Shown: positions 26,901 to 39,500, numbered from the stretch's first letter. The stretch is DNA of 64,000 bases from Takakia lepidozioides (GCA_030704615.1 CM060732.1:41664001-41728000), one strand, 5' to 3'. Program-made: numbers and translations. The notes: generated by a model not told the origin, from the letters alone.

Positions 26901-27615
26901 TGGATTTGTCGATGGGCACAGGTTCGTCCCTTCAACATTCACATTTCATGAGGTTTGATTGAGCTTGCACTTTCAGCACTTTCCACCGTTCCGAATGTGT
27001 CTTCAATGTCTGCTTACTTCATTCTATTCCACTGCAGGTGCTTCGTACCACGCTTGCAAGGCCAGTGCGCGACATGTCTTTGGGATTGAAGGGGATGCTG
27101 AGATTTACAAGAACCTCCTGATGGGTTTGGGTGGACACACTTCTCAGGTCCTTCCGAAGCCCCGTCCCGCTGATACTGGTACAGAGGAGACTTCTGACAA
27201 GGAGCTGGACTCCGACTTTGCCTGTGAGTAAGTTGAACCTGTGCATGCTTGCATTGTTGTTTCATTATCGAGAATCGCTGTTCTTGAGGCAAAGTGCAAA
27301 TGGGAGACATCCTCTTCGTTGGACTTGTGCATTGCATCATTGTGTTAAAAATGGAATTTTGTGGACATGTGTAGGAGTCCGCGTGCTTCCACTTGCCCTC
27401 CTGGGCTATCACACCTAATTGGACTTGTTTTCAGTCCTCCTCGGTCTTGTGTGCTACCTGTCTATGCGGAGGCACTCGCAGCAAGCATGTCCGTTCATGG
27501 CACTCAGAGTCCACCTTGCGATGGCCTTCGTAGAACACGTGGTGTTGGGGCCAGAATCTTTGTAGATGACATAGCACAGGAGGTGGACATTGATTGTGAT
27601 GACTGCGACACTTGA
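18000..27615 (+). CDS. Spliced ParB/Srx-like domain + beta-class N4C/N6A DNA-methyltransferase-like fusion protein (~1,130 aa, 10 predicted exons)
   Basis: Predicted exons: 18000-18311, 23489-24084, 24180-24372, 24485-24925, 25048-25271, 25415-26068 (2-nt frameshift ~25765), 26171-26509, 26636-26921, 27038-27227, 27435-27615; all introns GT-AG and phase-compatible. ParB-like: IPLCRLVSMPVVRPP...YVWDGNHRLLAW. MTase-like: ELIILDIPDG (motif IV position), ERSPAFIQTIVECCT...VLDLSMGTGASYHAC...RHVFGIEGD (motifs X, I, II). Confidence 0.8.
18432..23330 (+). repeat. Intronic tandem array, ~42 x 116 bp, each unit with a palindrome (GCYCAGACAGTGTGCG-GCAA-CGCACACTGTTTGAGC)
   Basis: Unit starts at 18432, 18548, 18664 and so on. 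Highly homogeneous; lies wholly inside predicted intron 1 (18312-23488). Confidence 0.97.
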
Positions 27616-27870
27616 TATGAAGTATTCTTTTGGTTTAATTCTGGGACAAATTTGAAATGGGATGGTTGTGTGTCCTTATTGTCCTCTTTGCAATGTGTGC
27701 ATGGAATTCACATTCATGGTTCCAAACTATTGTTGGAGATGGGGGTTGCATGGACTGCCCGGATTGTTCCTTCAATATATTTGTTGTTTTGTGGACCTCA
27801 CAGACTTGAGTACATTGCAAAAACAAACAAACCACTTTGTTCTCAATTCTCAATTCTCCCCACATCAACC

Positions 27871-28018
27871 CGCGGAAATAGGTGACCCCACTCGGAAATA
27901 GGTGACATCCGCGGAAATAGGCACTGTTTGCATGCTGACGTGGCGTGAGCCTGTGCTGGGCTCACGCTTTCATGGGCTCACAGGCTCACGCCTCCAGGCT
28001 CACGGAATAGCACCCCCC
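27871..28018. repeat. Right terminus: 3 x CGGAAATAGG repeats, GCTCACG cluster and terminal C6 run
   Basis: CGGAAATAGG three times at ~27873-27921; five (G)CTCAC(G)/CGTGAGC motifs at 27944-28004; element ends ...GAATAGCACCCCCC. Confidence 0.8.
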
Positions 28019-31000
28019 ACCTATCGCATGGGATGGACTAGCTTGAGCTCCCATTGCTAGGATGCACAAAAAAGCAGATGCATGCCATCCTGGCACCATT
28101 TCCTCATCCGTCTCACCATGCCACCGAGCTCCAGTATCATCATGAACGCTCGTGCATGGATTGCGACTCAATCCATCCGCATCATAGTTGACTATTCCAG
28201 CTCGATGCACCACCTGGAAGTCGTACTCTTGAAGCATAAGTGCCCACCGTGCAAACTTCCCTGTAAGCTTGTCTGACTCCATCAACCACTTCAATGGTTG
28301 GTGATCCGTGACAAGGGTGAAGAGATTGTCATAGAGGTAGCATCTAAAATGTGCCACTACCCATACTGCAACCAGACACTCCCCTTCATAGGAACTATAC
28401 TTCGCCTCGGCATCATCGTTCGAGCGGCTAGCATATGCGACAACGAACTCTCTTCCCTCATCAACCACCTGTGTGAGCACTGCTCCAATCCCTAGCATAC
28501 TCCAATCCGTATGTAGCTGGAAAGACCGACCCCGAATAGGCCGCCTCAGAATAGGCGCAGAAGTCAATCGAGCCTTGAGTTCCTCAAAGGCTTCCTCCTG
28601 CTCCTCCTCCCACTGCCACTCCTGACCCACCTTGGTCAACTTGGTAAGAGCCTTTGCAATGCTGCTAAATCCCTTGACAAACCGTCAATAGTAGTTTGCC
28701 AACCCCATGAAAGCACGAACTTTGCTTACATCTATGGGGCGTGGAATGCGTGCAATGGCCTCCACCTTTGTCTGTTGAACACCCAATCCTCCAGGGTATA
28801 TCATGTGGCCCAGATACTCAATCTGATCGTGGAAGAACTTGCACTTTCCAGGGTGCAGTTTCAATCCATGCGCCTTCAAATGCTCAAACACCACCTAAAG
28901 GTGTCTCTCATGCTCCTCAACCGTGGCACTAAAGATGATGATATCATCAATGTAGCACCGGGTGAAGTCTGGCCCTACAAGAATCCTATCCATAACCCTC
29001 TGAAACTCTGCAGGAGCATTCTTCAACCCAAACGGTAACCGCCATTGGTACAAGCAATCCTTCTCATGTTGGTCAATCCCCCAGAATGTCGTCTTTTGCT
29101 TGTCAGCCTTTTTGATTGGCAACTAGTGGTAACCGGATCGCAAGTCCAATGTGCTAAACACCTTTGCATGCCCAATGGCATCAAAGATCTCCTCTGGAGT
29201 TGGCATGGCATATCTATCGGACTTAGTCTGACGGTTCACAGGACGGTAGTCCCCACACATCCTCCTTTCTGTCCAATTGCCATAGATATCCTCCATAGAT
29301 ATCCTTCAAACTGAAGGCAAAGCAATTTCTATAAGCCCTTAGAAATCGTTGGATCCTCCGTTTCTCTCCTCTGGTGACTGTAGGTCCAACATCTGGTTCC
29401 CAATTGTCCTCAGTAACTGCAACCTTGGGTACACCAGGCTTGGGGGTAGAAGACGAATCATTTGGTTGCTAAATAGCAACCTCTTGGGCCTTGTCCGCCC
29501 AATCTGACTGTGGCATATCCTCCACTTGCTCCGCCATAGCCACCTTGAGAACATCCTCTGAGCAAGAAACATTCTCAACCTTTTCAAAACCCTTGGCCAC
29601 CCTGGCCTCCAACTGATCCTCAGTCCATGACTCTCCCCACTCCTCATACTGTTGCTTGAGAGATCCAATGACTCTCTCTTTGCGCATCTCATCCCACATC
29701 TGCCACGGGTGTTTGCACCCCATGATCCTGTGCTCGCCCCCACTCAATGCCTCCATCGTCCCGGTTGGCAGAGATGGTGCAATATCCAATGGAAGTGCAG
29801 AAGTAGCCGCTAATGCTTGCAATCTCCGTTGCTCAGCCATGCACAAGCCAATGACCCATGTCAAGCAATTGAGATCCATTGCCTCACCAACACCTGGCGT
29901 CGTGATGCCTCTGACAGAGTTGGCACAGCTGTAGTGCCCGTGACAAATCTCATTGCCCGCTCTCACTCATCCGCATTGGGCTCCACCAATTGTTGTAGCA
30001 CACTGTCCCAAATCAACCCAGGGCCATTGTCTCTAAAAGCATGAGATGAGGGAAAACTCATGAGCGTAGGCAAGGCTACACGTGGCTGCCCCACTCGATT
30101 TACCACTGCTAGAGGTGGACGGTCATCATGTCGCACCCTCTGTGGTTGCCTCCCTTGGTCCAAAATGCCCTCAACTGTGAGGTTGGGTGACCGTTGAATG
30201 GAATCATAGGCTCTCTTGAGCAACTCTGGTGGTGCAAGATTGGTCCACCACAACCTAGGCCTATGTGCCCATGAACCCACTGCAGCTGCATCCAACAATA
30301 CAGCTGGTCCAATCCATGACCAGATCTGATGCACACTGGCCATAACCATGGCCCGAGAATCCCCCATGAGAGGAATATTCTCCAGGATGTAAGGTAGAGG
30401 TTGCACTTGCCTCGCCTGTAAGTCACGCAACACTCTCAACATCTCCCAAAACAAATGCAATCGTGCATCATGCAAGCCATTCCCATGACCTGCGGGAGAG
30501 TGTCCTTGGCAAAGCCATCCAGCTATCACCGAGTCAATGGAACCATGCCGGTCCAAATCTTCCGCCCCCAGCAAGGTAATGTCTGCTAGCAAGGCCTTTT
30601 GATACCCTTGAATTGCTGAGAGAGGCAACAACTCAGGATATTGGTGTGTGAGCAAGACGATGTGGCGCATAGAAATACGCCGAGCTATCTCAACCTTCTC
30701 CACATACAAGTACTTGCGTACTTTAATCCATGTTTATAACACTCCTGCAAGCCCAGTGCTCATGCCTCCAAACAAGTCTAGCAAACAAATCCCTGAGTCA
30801 GGTGGTTGCCAGGTAATGGGCACTGTGTCCAAAGGAGCTAACTCAGGAGGTCCAGGTGATGTCACTAAACTCCCCTCAGTCATGAATGGAAAGGCCTCCT
30901 GCCATGCTTGGTGCACACACTCGCCTACTACTCGATGCAAATTCCCAACCGTACCCCACAGTGGAATATGCACATGCACATGAGGAAGCAAATCAGCCTT

Positions 31001-34000
31001 GTATGCCAATTGTTTGTCCTCATCAGGTGATGGCCTATCATTTGCATGGCTATTGCCCTCCAAGAGCTCACCACCCCTAAGAATGCAGCCAATGTAGGCA
31101 TCATGTTCCTATGATCCACCGCTACATTCCCAATAAACTGCACTGGGAGCAGTGCACGTCGGCCATCTCCTGACTGCCATTCCGGCATGTAGGATATCGT
31201 TTCCTCCCAAAAGTCTAGAGTGAATCCCATGGGGTATAACACCGCCCCACCAACAAGCACATCATAAGACATCGCGTCGGTAACGATGGCTTTAGCTCTC
31301 ATGACTGAGCCGTCCGTAGGATGATCCGGCTGCAATTGAATGAAGAGCTCATGGCGTGTAATCCCTCATGCCTTCTCTGAACCGCCCAAAGATGTTTGAA
31401 TTTGGAAGGGGCAAGGCTCCAAATCCGCCTCTGAAAGGCCCAAGCCTGCAATTGCTGCTCTTCCAAACATCAATGGTTGTGCTCCCGAGTCCAACAAGAC
31501 CCGTAGTGGCCTATACCTCCTCCCGGCTGGGCCACCCAACTGAAACACACCATCCTGATTGTCCACCAGGACTACCCCATGAGTCACCATACTACACTCA
31601 ATGGTTGCTCTAGCTGGCAACTCCTGCAACCTTGCAGCTGCCGCTTGCCATGGTGCAGCTGTGGCTGTCTTCACCTTTGAGTCTAGGGCATCCATGCACT
31701 GCACATTATCCGCTATCCCCACTGATAGTGCCGATGCATCACCACTCTCACAGAGTCTAGCTGCTAGTCTGAATACAACAGCTGGCCGAATCCCTGGCAT
31801 TGCAATGGTCATTGCAGAAAATAATGGAGCTTGACAAACCGCCATGGCCGCCCCCAACAATATACTGGCTGCACCTTGCTTTTCAGCACCACCCACTGGC
31901 ATTTCCCGAGCCACACCAACTCTCCCTACTGGCACTCGTGGCTCTACCTCTGACACACTTGGGCGAGCGGGTACCATCGATAGCGTAGTTGGCACTGTCT
32001 CAGCCAATGTAAGGACTATGGAAGCCTTGTTTGTCGACTTGCTTCCCCCATTTGTGGATCAAAATCCACATCTGCTCCTCTTGGCTCAGGAGCACGCGTT
32101 GCTACTCGAGTGACAGCAGTTGCAGAGTCCACATGCAATGGTCCTGCAAGTGCGGCTCCACACATGAAGCCCATACCAATCTGGTCTTCCCTAGGCATAG
32201 GAGATTGTGCAGGTGGGGGTTGAACCTCAAGCCTTGGAGCTGGCGCAACATGCGTAATGGCCATGGTAGCAAGACGTTGCTCTAGCTAGGCAAGCCTATC
32301 CACCATGCCTTGGTCATGACCTTGACCTTGAACCTTGTGTTCCCTGGTTTTGGATACGACCTCCACTGCAACCTCTGCCTCCTCTACCTCTCTGGACTAC
32401 ATTGCCTCGTCCTCGGCCACCATTGTTCCCTTGGAACTGGCCTGGCCGTAGCTCAGGATGCAAGTCATAACAATGGGCCTCCTCATGCCCATACTTGCTA
32501 GAATGTCCACACTGTAGTTGTGTAGGCTGTGTCTGTGCCGGCCCTTTGCCTCTCTCTGGGCAATCTCTCTTAGCATGGGGTCCTCCACAATCCCAACATG
32601 TCACACCCGACTGTTGTTGGCCTGAGAATGAAGGAAGTGACCTCTGCAATTGAGATCCTCTCTGTCCTTCCCTGGGCTTCGCCTGAGCCCCCTTGCTGCC
32701 TTGAGCACGTTGGGGGTAGTGGTTGTTGTTGGCTAGGAGCCCCGCTTCATTGTGTCTCTTTATCAACCCCACCATGACCACTCGCTCCTCCACCATATTG
32801 AGCTCTATCCGCTCTGCCAGCAAAAATACATTTGCTAAGGTGGGTTGGTCCACTTGTAGGAGAGTTGCATCCCGCACCATTCTCCTCAGCTCCTTGTCCA
32901 ATATCCCATACCAGAATTGGACTGCTTGAACTTTCGTAACCCCTTGGGTTACATTTATCAATCGGCTCATGCGCGTGTAAGCCTTCCTTAAACTCTCAAT
33001 AGGCTTGCGTTGGAATTCTTGCAAGCTCCGCAATTTCTCCGTCCTTATCCCCTGGTAGTTTCTCCTCAACTCCTCGAAGAACTCCACAACTGGGTCAAAG
33101 GCAGGCATGGGTGCTGGTGCTACAGCAGGAGCTTGAGTGGATTTCCCATCTCCATCTTTACTTATCCCACTACTAGTGCTTACAGTTGGGGATGTTGGTG
33201 TAGCTGCTGGTGTCGCCGCTGCCCTTGTGCCTCTAGTGATGGAGATATAGTCAGGTGACCAATATTGTCGCCACTCCTCAATCTCCACCTCATTTCCCCG
33301 CCTAAACTCATGATAGTCATCCATAGGTGGCCCCTCAAGGTGCTAAAACAACCCCTTCCATGCCATAAAAGGCGTAAACAGTTGTGGATTACGCATCTGC
33401 TGCAAATCACACCAACTATCAAACTCTGGTATGAAATCATCAAGCTCGATGGTGCCCACAGCTCCAGAGTACCGACGTGGCCCCTTGGTAGCTCCATACA
33501 TTTCCTCCATCGTATCCTACAACAATGGCAAGGAAATGGCTTCCACCTTCGGCGAGAATCCTCCTAACTCTGAGTCTGAACCTTCATCAGAAGACACTGA
33601 AAGTAAAGGTGGCCTAAACCGCACACTTTGTCTTGTAAACCCACTAGTATCGCTGGTGCTCGTACCGGCACTCTCCTCATCAGCTGGTGGCACCTCCGTG
33701 ATGAAAACTCACACTCAAACCGGCTATCAACTTTTCTCTAATCCCCACTTTCTACAAGGTAACCGGGTAGAGAACCTGTTGCGGCTACTGGTTCAAGCAA
33801 GAATAATAGGTTTCTAACGTAGACCTGTACCTGCACCTGCATCCACCGCAAGCACTCTTATGGTCTGCTGGTCATTAACCCAGCCTCACCATAAGAGAAC
33901 AATGATGGTCTGACTGGTCATCACCCCAGCCTCACCACCGACAGCACGCTCTAGGATTGACCGGTGATCAAATCCGGACCAACCTCCTATGAAAAGAAGC

Positions 34001-34343
34001 GCCCACACAAAACTAACATGGCGCACAGTCAAGCATGCAGGTGTAGAGGGGATCCAAACACAAGAAAATGAAAACAGTAACTCCCCCACACCAAAAACAC
34101 TCCACAGTGTGGCTCCTGCAAGACACCCCAGCCCAAATCCGGATTGACTCTTGCCTCCACCTACGGAGAGGTTTTGGCCTACAGAGAGGGTGGAAGACGA
34201 CAAGGAAAAGAGACTAAAGCAATTCCTATCACAGCATGCTCTCATCCCACTACCCTATCTCCACACTCTCTTGCTTAAGCGAATGGACAAGACCTTTCAA
34301 AGATCTTTCAAAAATAATTCTCTATACTGAGAAGGTGCCTACA
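28019..34343 (-). mobile_element. Degenerate Ty3/Gypsy LTR retrotransposon: gag-PR-C5 DNA methyltransferase-RT-RNase H
   Basis: Gag with Zn knuckle CWDCGGPHAKRDC; protease VLLDSGAQ; RT MCGDYRPVN, LDLRSGY, PFGLKNAP, YIDD; RNase H LHTDWS...YSSYEGE...TDHQPL. Many stops and frameshifts. The right boundary (TGTAGG on minus at 34343) is tentative. Confidence 0.93.
29870..30790 (-). pseudogene. Retrotransposon-embedded C5 cytosine DNA methyltransferase domain (DNMT3-like)
   Basis: Motif I LLDLFGGMSTG, II YLYVEK, IV IAGWLCQG (PC changed to LC), VI YILENI, VIII AHRPRLWWTNL, IX EPNADE*ERAM, X GEAMD. In-frame stops present. Confidence 0.9.
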
Positions 34344-34508
34344 CATAACTTGTCGAATTTTGGAAGTTCTTCCGATTCAAGTGAGTTTAGATATTGTACG
34401 TCAGTGCTTTGACACATGTTGCGACATTGAGACTGGGACTGAAAATTGGCGAGTTTCTTTGTTTTGGGGGGCTTGGGGTGCACATACTACCCTCAAGTCA
34501 CTGCTATG

Positions 34509-36243
34509 CCATGGACCTTGATTCGACCTTGCCAATAGGTGACATGTTGGGATTGGGACCTCTGGAAAGTATGTCTGCTTTGTCTGTTGAGGATTCCGAT
34601 AGTGACACCTATAATTTAGACATGGATTTTGACCCGGATGAAGATATGAGGGACTGCCCGGATGCTCACCTTGATCCTGACCTATGGGACTTCTGTGTGG
34701 ATACTGGGAAGGCTACCCAGGAGCTTGGCCTCTATGATTTTGCCGGAATCTTGGTAGGAGTAGCCACCTATTTGCAGATGATATGTGGAATTCAACTAAG
34801 TCTCAGTTGCTAGAGGTATGTTGGAGTGGGGGTGACCGAGGGCCTAACTTTCCTTTTGACGATACAAATTCACCTATGGATTTCTTCAATTTGTTCTGGT
34901 CTATCTCCGAAATGCGTACGGTTTGTAGCATGACAAATTTGTATGCCTAGACCTTGGATGACAGAAGCCGGATGAAAGGAGGGAAGTGGTGGTATCCCGT
35001 CAGTGTTCCTAAACTGAAAGCTTGGTTGGCAGTTCACATTCTCATGGGAATAAAAATATTGCCTAACACTAGATTGTATTGGGAGGCCAGTGCTGACTTT
35101 TTCAGATGTCATTTGATTGTCAAGATCATGAGTAGGCATAGATGGGAAGCCATTCTTAGATGTCTGCATTTGATGGACAACCGCACAGTGGAGGTGGATA
35201 AGGGGGCCCCTACTTATGATAAGATTACCAAAACCAAATGGCTGATAGAGCAGCAAAACGACCTGTGTGTGGATGAGATGATGGTGAAGTACATAGGGAC
35301 TACTTCAATCTCCAGCAATATATGAGCGAAAAAATTGTCAAATGGGGTATAAAAGTTTGGTGCTTGGCTGGTGGGAATAGCAGATATGTGCACTGAATGG
35401 AAGTTTACCTTGGGAAAGATGACTCCAGCAGTGGGCAAGGATATTTAGTAGTGACCAGACTCTTAATGGAAGGCTTTGAAGGGAAAGGACACATAATTTT
35501 TTACAATGGATAACTTCTTTTTCAGCCCAAAACTTTTCCTAGATTTGGTGGACAAACAAATCTATGCTACTGGGACTATGAAGACTAACCGTGTTGGCTT
35601 TCAATCATGTCTGGACTTGGGGAAGTAAGGAGAAAGGGGGACCATGGAGTACGACATATATATCCAACCAATTGGTTGCATTGGCATGGGTTGACAAAAA
35701 GTGTGTGATCATTTTGTTGAGTACTGGCGCTTTCAGCCCTGTAGGTCAAAAATTGTTTTGTTGAGAGGTGACACAATGCAGGCGGATGCGGAACTGTTCT
35801 TACCTTTCCTATTCTGAAACACTACCAACAACATATGAGAGGGGTTGATGTGCATGATCAATTGAGAGGCTATTACACTGTTCAAACCCGAGACCCTAAG
35901 TGGTGGCACCGGCTATATTTTCGTAGTGTGGATATCTCTTTGGTCAATGGTTACTTGTTGTATGTGGTTTTCATGAAAGGCAAGGGCAAGAAGCCACGAT
36001 CTCACATGCACTTCAATCTTGAAGTGGCGAATGGCCTGACCGCCGGGTGGGTTGGTTCCCAGGAGAATAGTGGTGGAAGGGATAGATGTTCCAAACTTGC
36101 ATGCCCTTCACTTCTCCCAAAAATCATCTAGAAGGAGGAAGTGTGTGCAATGTGGTATCCGCCAGAGGTACTTTTGTGCCACTTGTGGAGATGCGTCCAT
36201 GTGTTTGTGAACCTGCTTTGTCAACCATCACAGCCCGGTGTGA
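34509..36243 (+). pseudogene. piggyBac-like (PGBD) transposase pseudogene
   Basis: Acidic N-terminus; MSRHRWEAILRCLHL, LCVDEMMVKY, KWGIKVWCL, MDNFFFSP, GVDVHDQLRGYY...KWWHRLYF; C-terminal Cys-rich CVQC...CATC...C...HH. Multiple frameshifts. Confidence 0.88.
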
Positions 36244-36519
36244 GTGCATGTGAGTTTCCGTCCATTTTTTGTGTTTATCTTCACATCCTTTGTTTGTGTC
36301 AATGGCTGCAGTGACATGGAGGAAGTGTCTGCCTTGCGGTTATCATACCAAGTGGTGGTGCTTAGTCTTACTTTCAATAGCTAGGATAGCTATGAGACAC
36401 TTGTACTAATTGAGTCTTGGCTAGAGAGAGAGACATACAAAGTTCAGATTGAGTCTTGGCTAGCTGTAGTTTGATTTAGAAGTCTGCTGTAGTTTGTAAT
36501 TGTTGACCTGATGTTGCTG

Positions 36520-39500
36520 TGATGCAGGGTTGGTGGCGAAGGTAAATTCTGAACAATACCCTCGTGGACATGTATGAAGGGAGTGTTTGACAGTATGGCT
36601 GAACAAGATGTGGGTGTCGTGGAGTGCGATGATTGCAGGATATGCACAGCTACGGCGTGGGATGGAGGCTTTTGAGAACTACGACCAAATGATGTGCGAA
36701 GGGGAGAAGCCCGAGCACATCACATTTATTTGTATTTGCAATGTGTGCAAGCATGGGAGCTCTGGGAAAGTGGAAAGAGGTCCATGGTGACATCGTCAAA
36801 GCTGGAATTGTACCAGATGTCATCATGAACACTGCCCTGGTGGGCATGTTTGTCAAATGTGGGTGCATTCAGGATGCGAAGGGAGTTTTCCACACTCTGG
36901 CTGAACGAGATGTGGTGTCATGGAACGCCATGCTTGCAGGGTATGCACAGCAGGGGCACGGGATGGAGGCTTTGGAGACCTATGAGCAAATGATTGGGGA
37001 AGGGTGAAGCTCGACCACATCAGGTTTGTGTGCGTTTGCAGTGCGTGTGCAAGCCTGGCAGCCCTGGAAAAGGGCAAAGAGGTGCATGGTTGCATCGCCA
37101 AAGCTGGATCTGTACCAGATGTGATTCCCTATGGATCAATAGCTACAAGAAACCTGCATGGTAGATGGTCAACTAAAGGCTGCAGCTGCAGTGGCACAGT
37201 TCATGAAACCAGGCACCTCAACCATGACCACAGCTTCTGAAAGAGGATCAAGAGAGGGAGTCCACAATACCTCTTTTGGCACTTCTGGGCATGTGAAGAT
37301 GCTTTGCGGCAGGCAGACTGATAGAGGGTCTACAGACTTAAAACCAATGAGGCATTTCAGCAAATTGAGGTACGGATGTCTGTCCCTTGCTTAAGTGCAA
37401 CAAGATGGAAGAGTCTGGACGTTGGAAAGCAGGTGCACACTTACATTATCCAAAGGAGATGCACGCCAAATGTTTTTCTACTCGACACCCTTGTCTCCAT
37501 GTATGTTAAGTGCGGGAGCATCATGGATGCTCACCAAGTGTTCAACAGAATGCCTCAACGATCTTTGATCACGTGGAATATAATGTTGGCAGGATTTACC
37601 AAGCATGGGTGTGTTAGGAATGCTTTGGAGACCTCTGAGCAACTGTTGCGCGAAGGGGTGAAGCCCAACCACATCACGTTTGTTTGTGTTTGCAATGCGT
37701 GTGCGCAAGCTTGGGAGCTCTGGAAAAGGGGAAAAAGGTCCATGGTGTGACATCATCAAAGCTGAATTTGTACCAGATGTCATTCTGAACACTGCCCTGG
37801 TGGACATGTATGCCAAATGTGGGTGCGGCAAGCCTGATGCGAAGGGAGAGTTCGACAATATGGCTGCACGAGATGTGGTGTTTTGGAGTGCCATGATTGC
37901 AAGGTATGTGCAGCATGGGTATGGGATTAAGGCTTTGGAAACCTAAGAGCAAATGATATGGAAAGGGATGAAGCCAGACCAGGTCATGCTCATTTGTGTT
38001 TATAATATGCACATGCGAGCTTAGCAGCCCTGGGAATGGTCAAAGAGGTTCATGGTGACATTATCAAAGCTGGAATTGTACCAAATGTCATTCTGAACAT
38101 TCCCCTGGTATACATCTATGCTCACCAAGTGTTCAACAGAATCCCTCAACGATCTTTGACCACGTGGAATATAATGTTGGCAGGATTTACCAAGCATGGG
38201 TGTGGTAGGAATGCTTTGGAGACCTATGAGAAAATGCTGCACGAAGGGTTGAAGCCCAACCGCATCACATCTATTTGTGTTTGCAATGCGTGTGCAAACC
38301 TAGGAGTGTTTTGTTGTAGTGAATACTTTTCTGACCCCAGTCAATGGTGGGACAATCAAGGCAAAAAGGTGAATGCCTGTTGGATTACAGAGAGTAGAAG
38401 ATGCAATTGAGCATAGGAACTAGTGTGATAAGTTGAGTTGGGTGTTTCCTAGAACAATTCGAGGCTTTCATTGTCAGCTGCTAACAGCAAGGCAAGGGTG
38501 AATGCTGAAGGAGCAGGGATAGAGTGTGGGTCCAGATTCATCGAAGAGGGCCGGACTTCAAGCTCCTACGATTCCCTGTGGATCAATAGCTACTAGCAAC
38601 CTGCATGGATAGATGGTCAACTGGAAGCTGCAGCAGTAGCGGTGGAATTGATAAATCAGGCACTGCTAATGAGGGCACCTTCTTCAACACATTTCACCCT
38701 GTTGTTCCTTCTTATCAGAATCAACCCTAAGTTTCCATGTTGAATTCTGCATGTTAGCTGGTTGAGTGAACCTTTGATAGTTTGGAGTGACTTGATATGA
38801 TACTGCCAATGTGACAACAGGAAAGTATCCAGAAACAGGTAATAGAGATGAGGAGAAGCTGTGGAATGGATACTTTTCTTACCTAGTCAACGGTGGAACA
38901 ATCGAGGCAAGAAGGTGAATGTTTGTCTGATTATAGAGAATAGCAGATGCAATTGAGCATAGGAACTAGTGTGATAAGTTGAGTTGGGTATTTCCTAGAA
39001 TAAATCTAGGCTGTCATCGTCAGCTGCTAGCAGCAAGGCAAGGATGTATGCATGATTTGTGCATAGGCATGGATAGCTAAAGGAGCGGGGATAGAGTGTG
39101 GGTCCATATTCATCCAAGAGGGCCAGAAAAAGGTCCATGGTGACATCGTCAAAGCTGGAATCGTACCGGATGTCATTCTGAACATTGCCTTGGTGACATG
39201 TATGCCAAATGTGGGTGCATTAAGGATGCGAAGGGAGTTTTCAACACTATGGCTGAACGAGATGTGGTGTCATGGAACGTGATGCTTGCAGGGTATGCAT
39301 AGCAGGCCGGACGTGGTATGGAGGCTTTGGAGACCTATGATCAAATGATGGGGGAAGGGGTGAAGCCCGACCACATCACATTTTTGTGCATTTGCAATGC
39401 ATGTGCAAGCCTGGCAGCTCTGGAAAAGGGCACAGAAGTCCATGGCAACATTGTCAGAGCTGGAATTTTACCAAATGACATTCTGAACAATACCCTCGTG

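Larger units (their letters stand above)
13075..28018. mobile_element. 14.9-kb Mutator-superfamily (MULE) DNA transposon with vestigial TIRs, carrying a ParB-MTase cargo gene
   Basis: 9-bp TSD ACCTATCGC at 13066-13074 and 28019-28027. The termini CAGCGTAGCTACGGCGTGAGCC and (rc) GGGGGGTGCTATTCCGTGAGCC match in register. Clustered CGTGAGC motifs at both ends; contains a MULE DDE transposase. Confidence 0.92.

Noticed and set aside
23489-27227. Bacterial contamination as the source of the ParB and MTase domains
   Set aside because: The gene has spliceosomal introns, lies within a TSD-bounded plant TE and is present in two diverged copies.
33800-34343. LTR pair and PBS of the Gypsy element
   Set aside because: No second LTR copy and no canonical tRNA PBS found; the 3' end is deleted.
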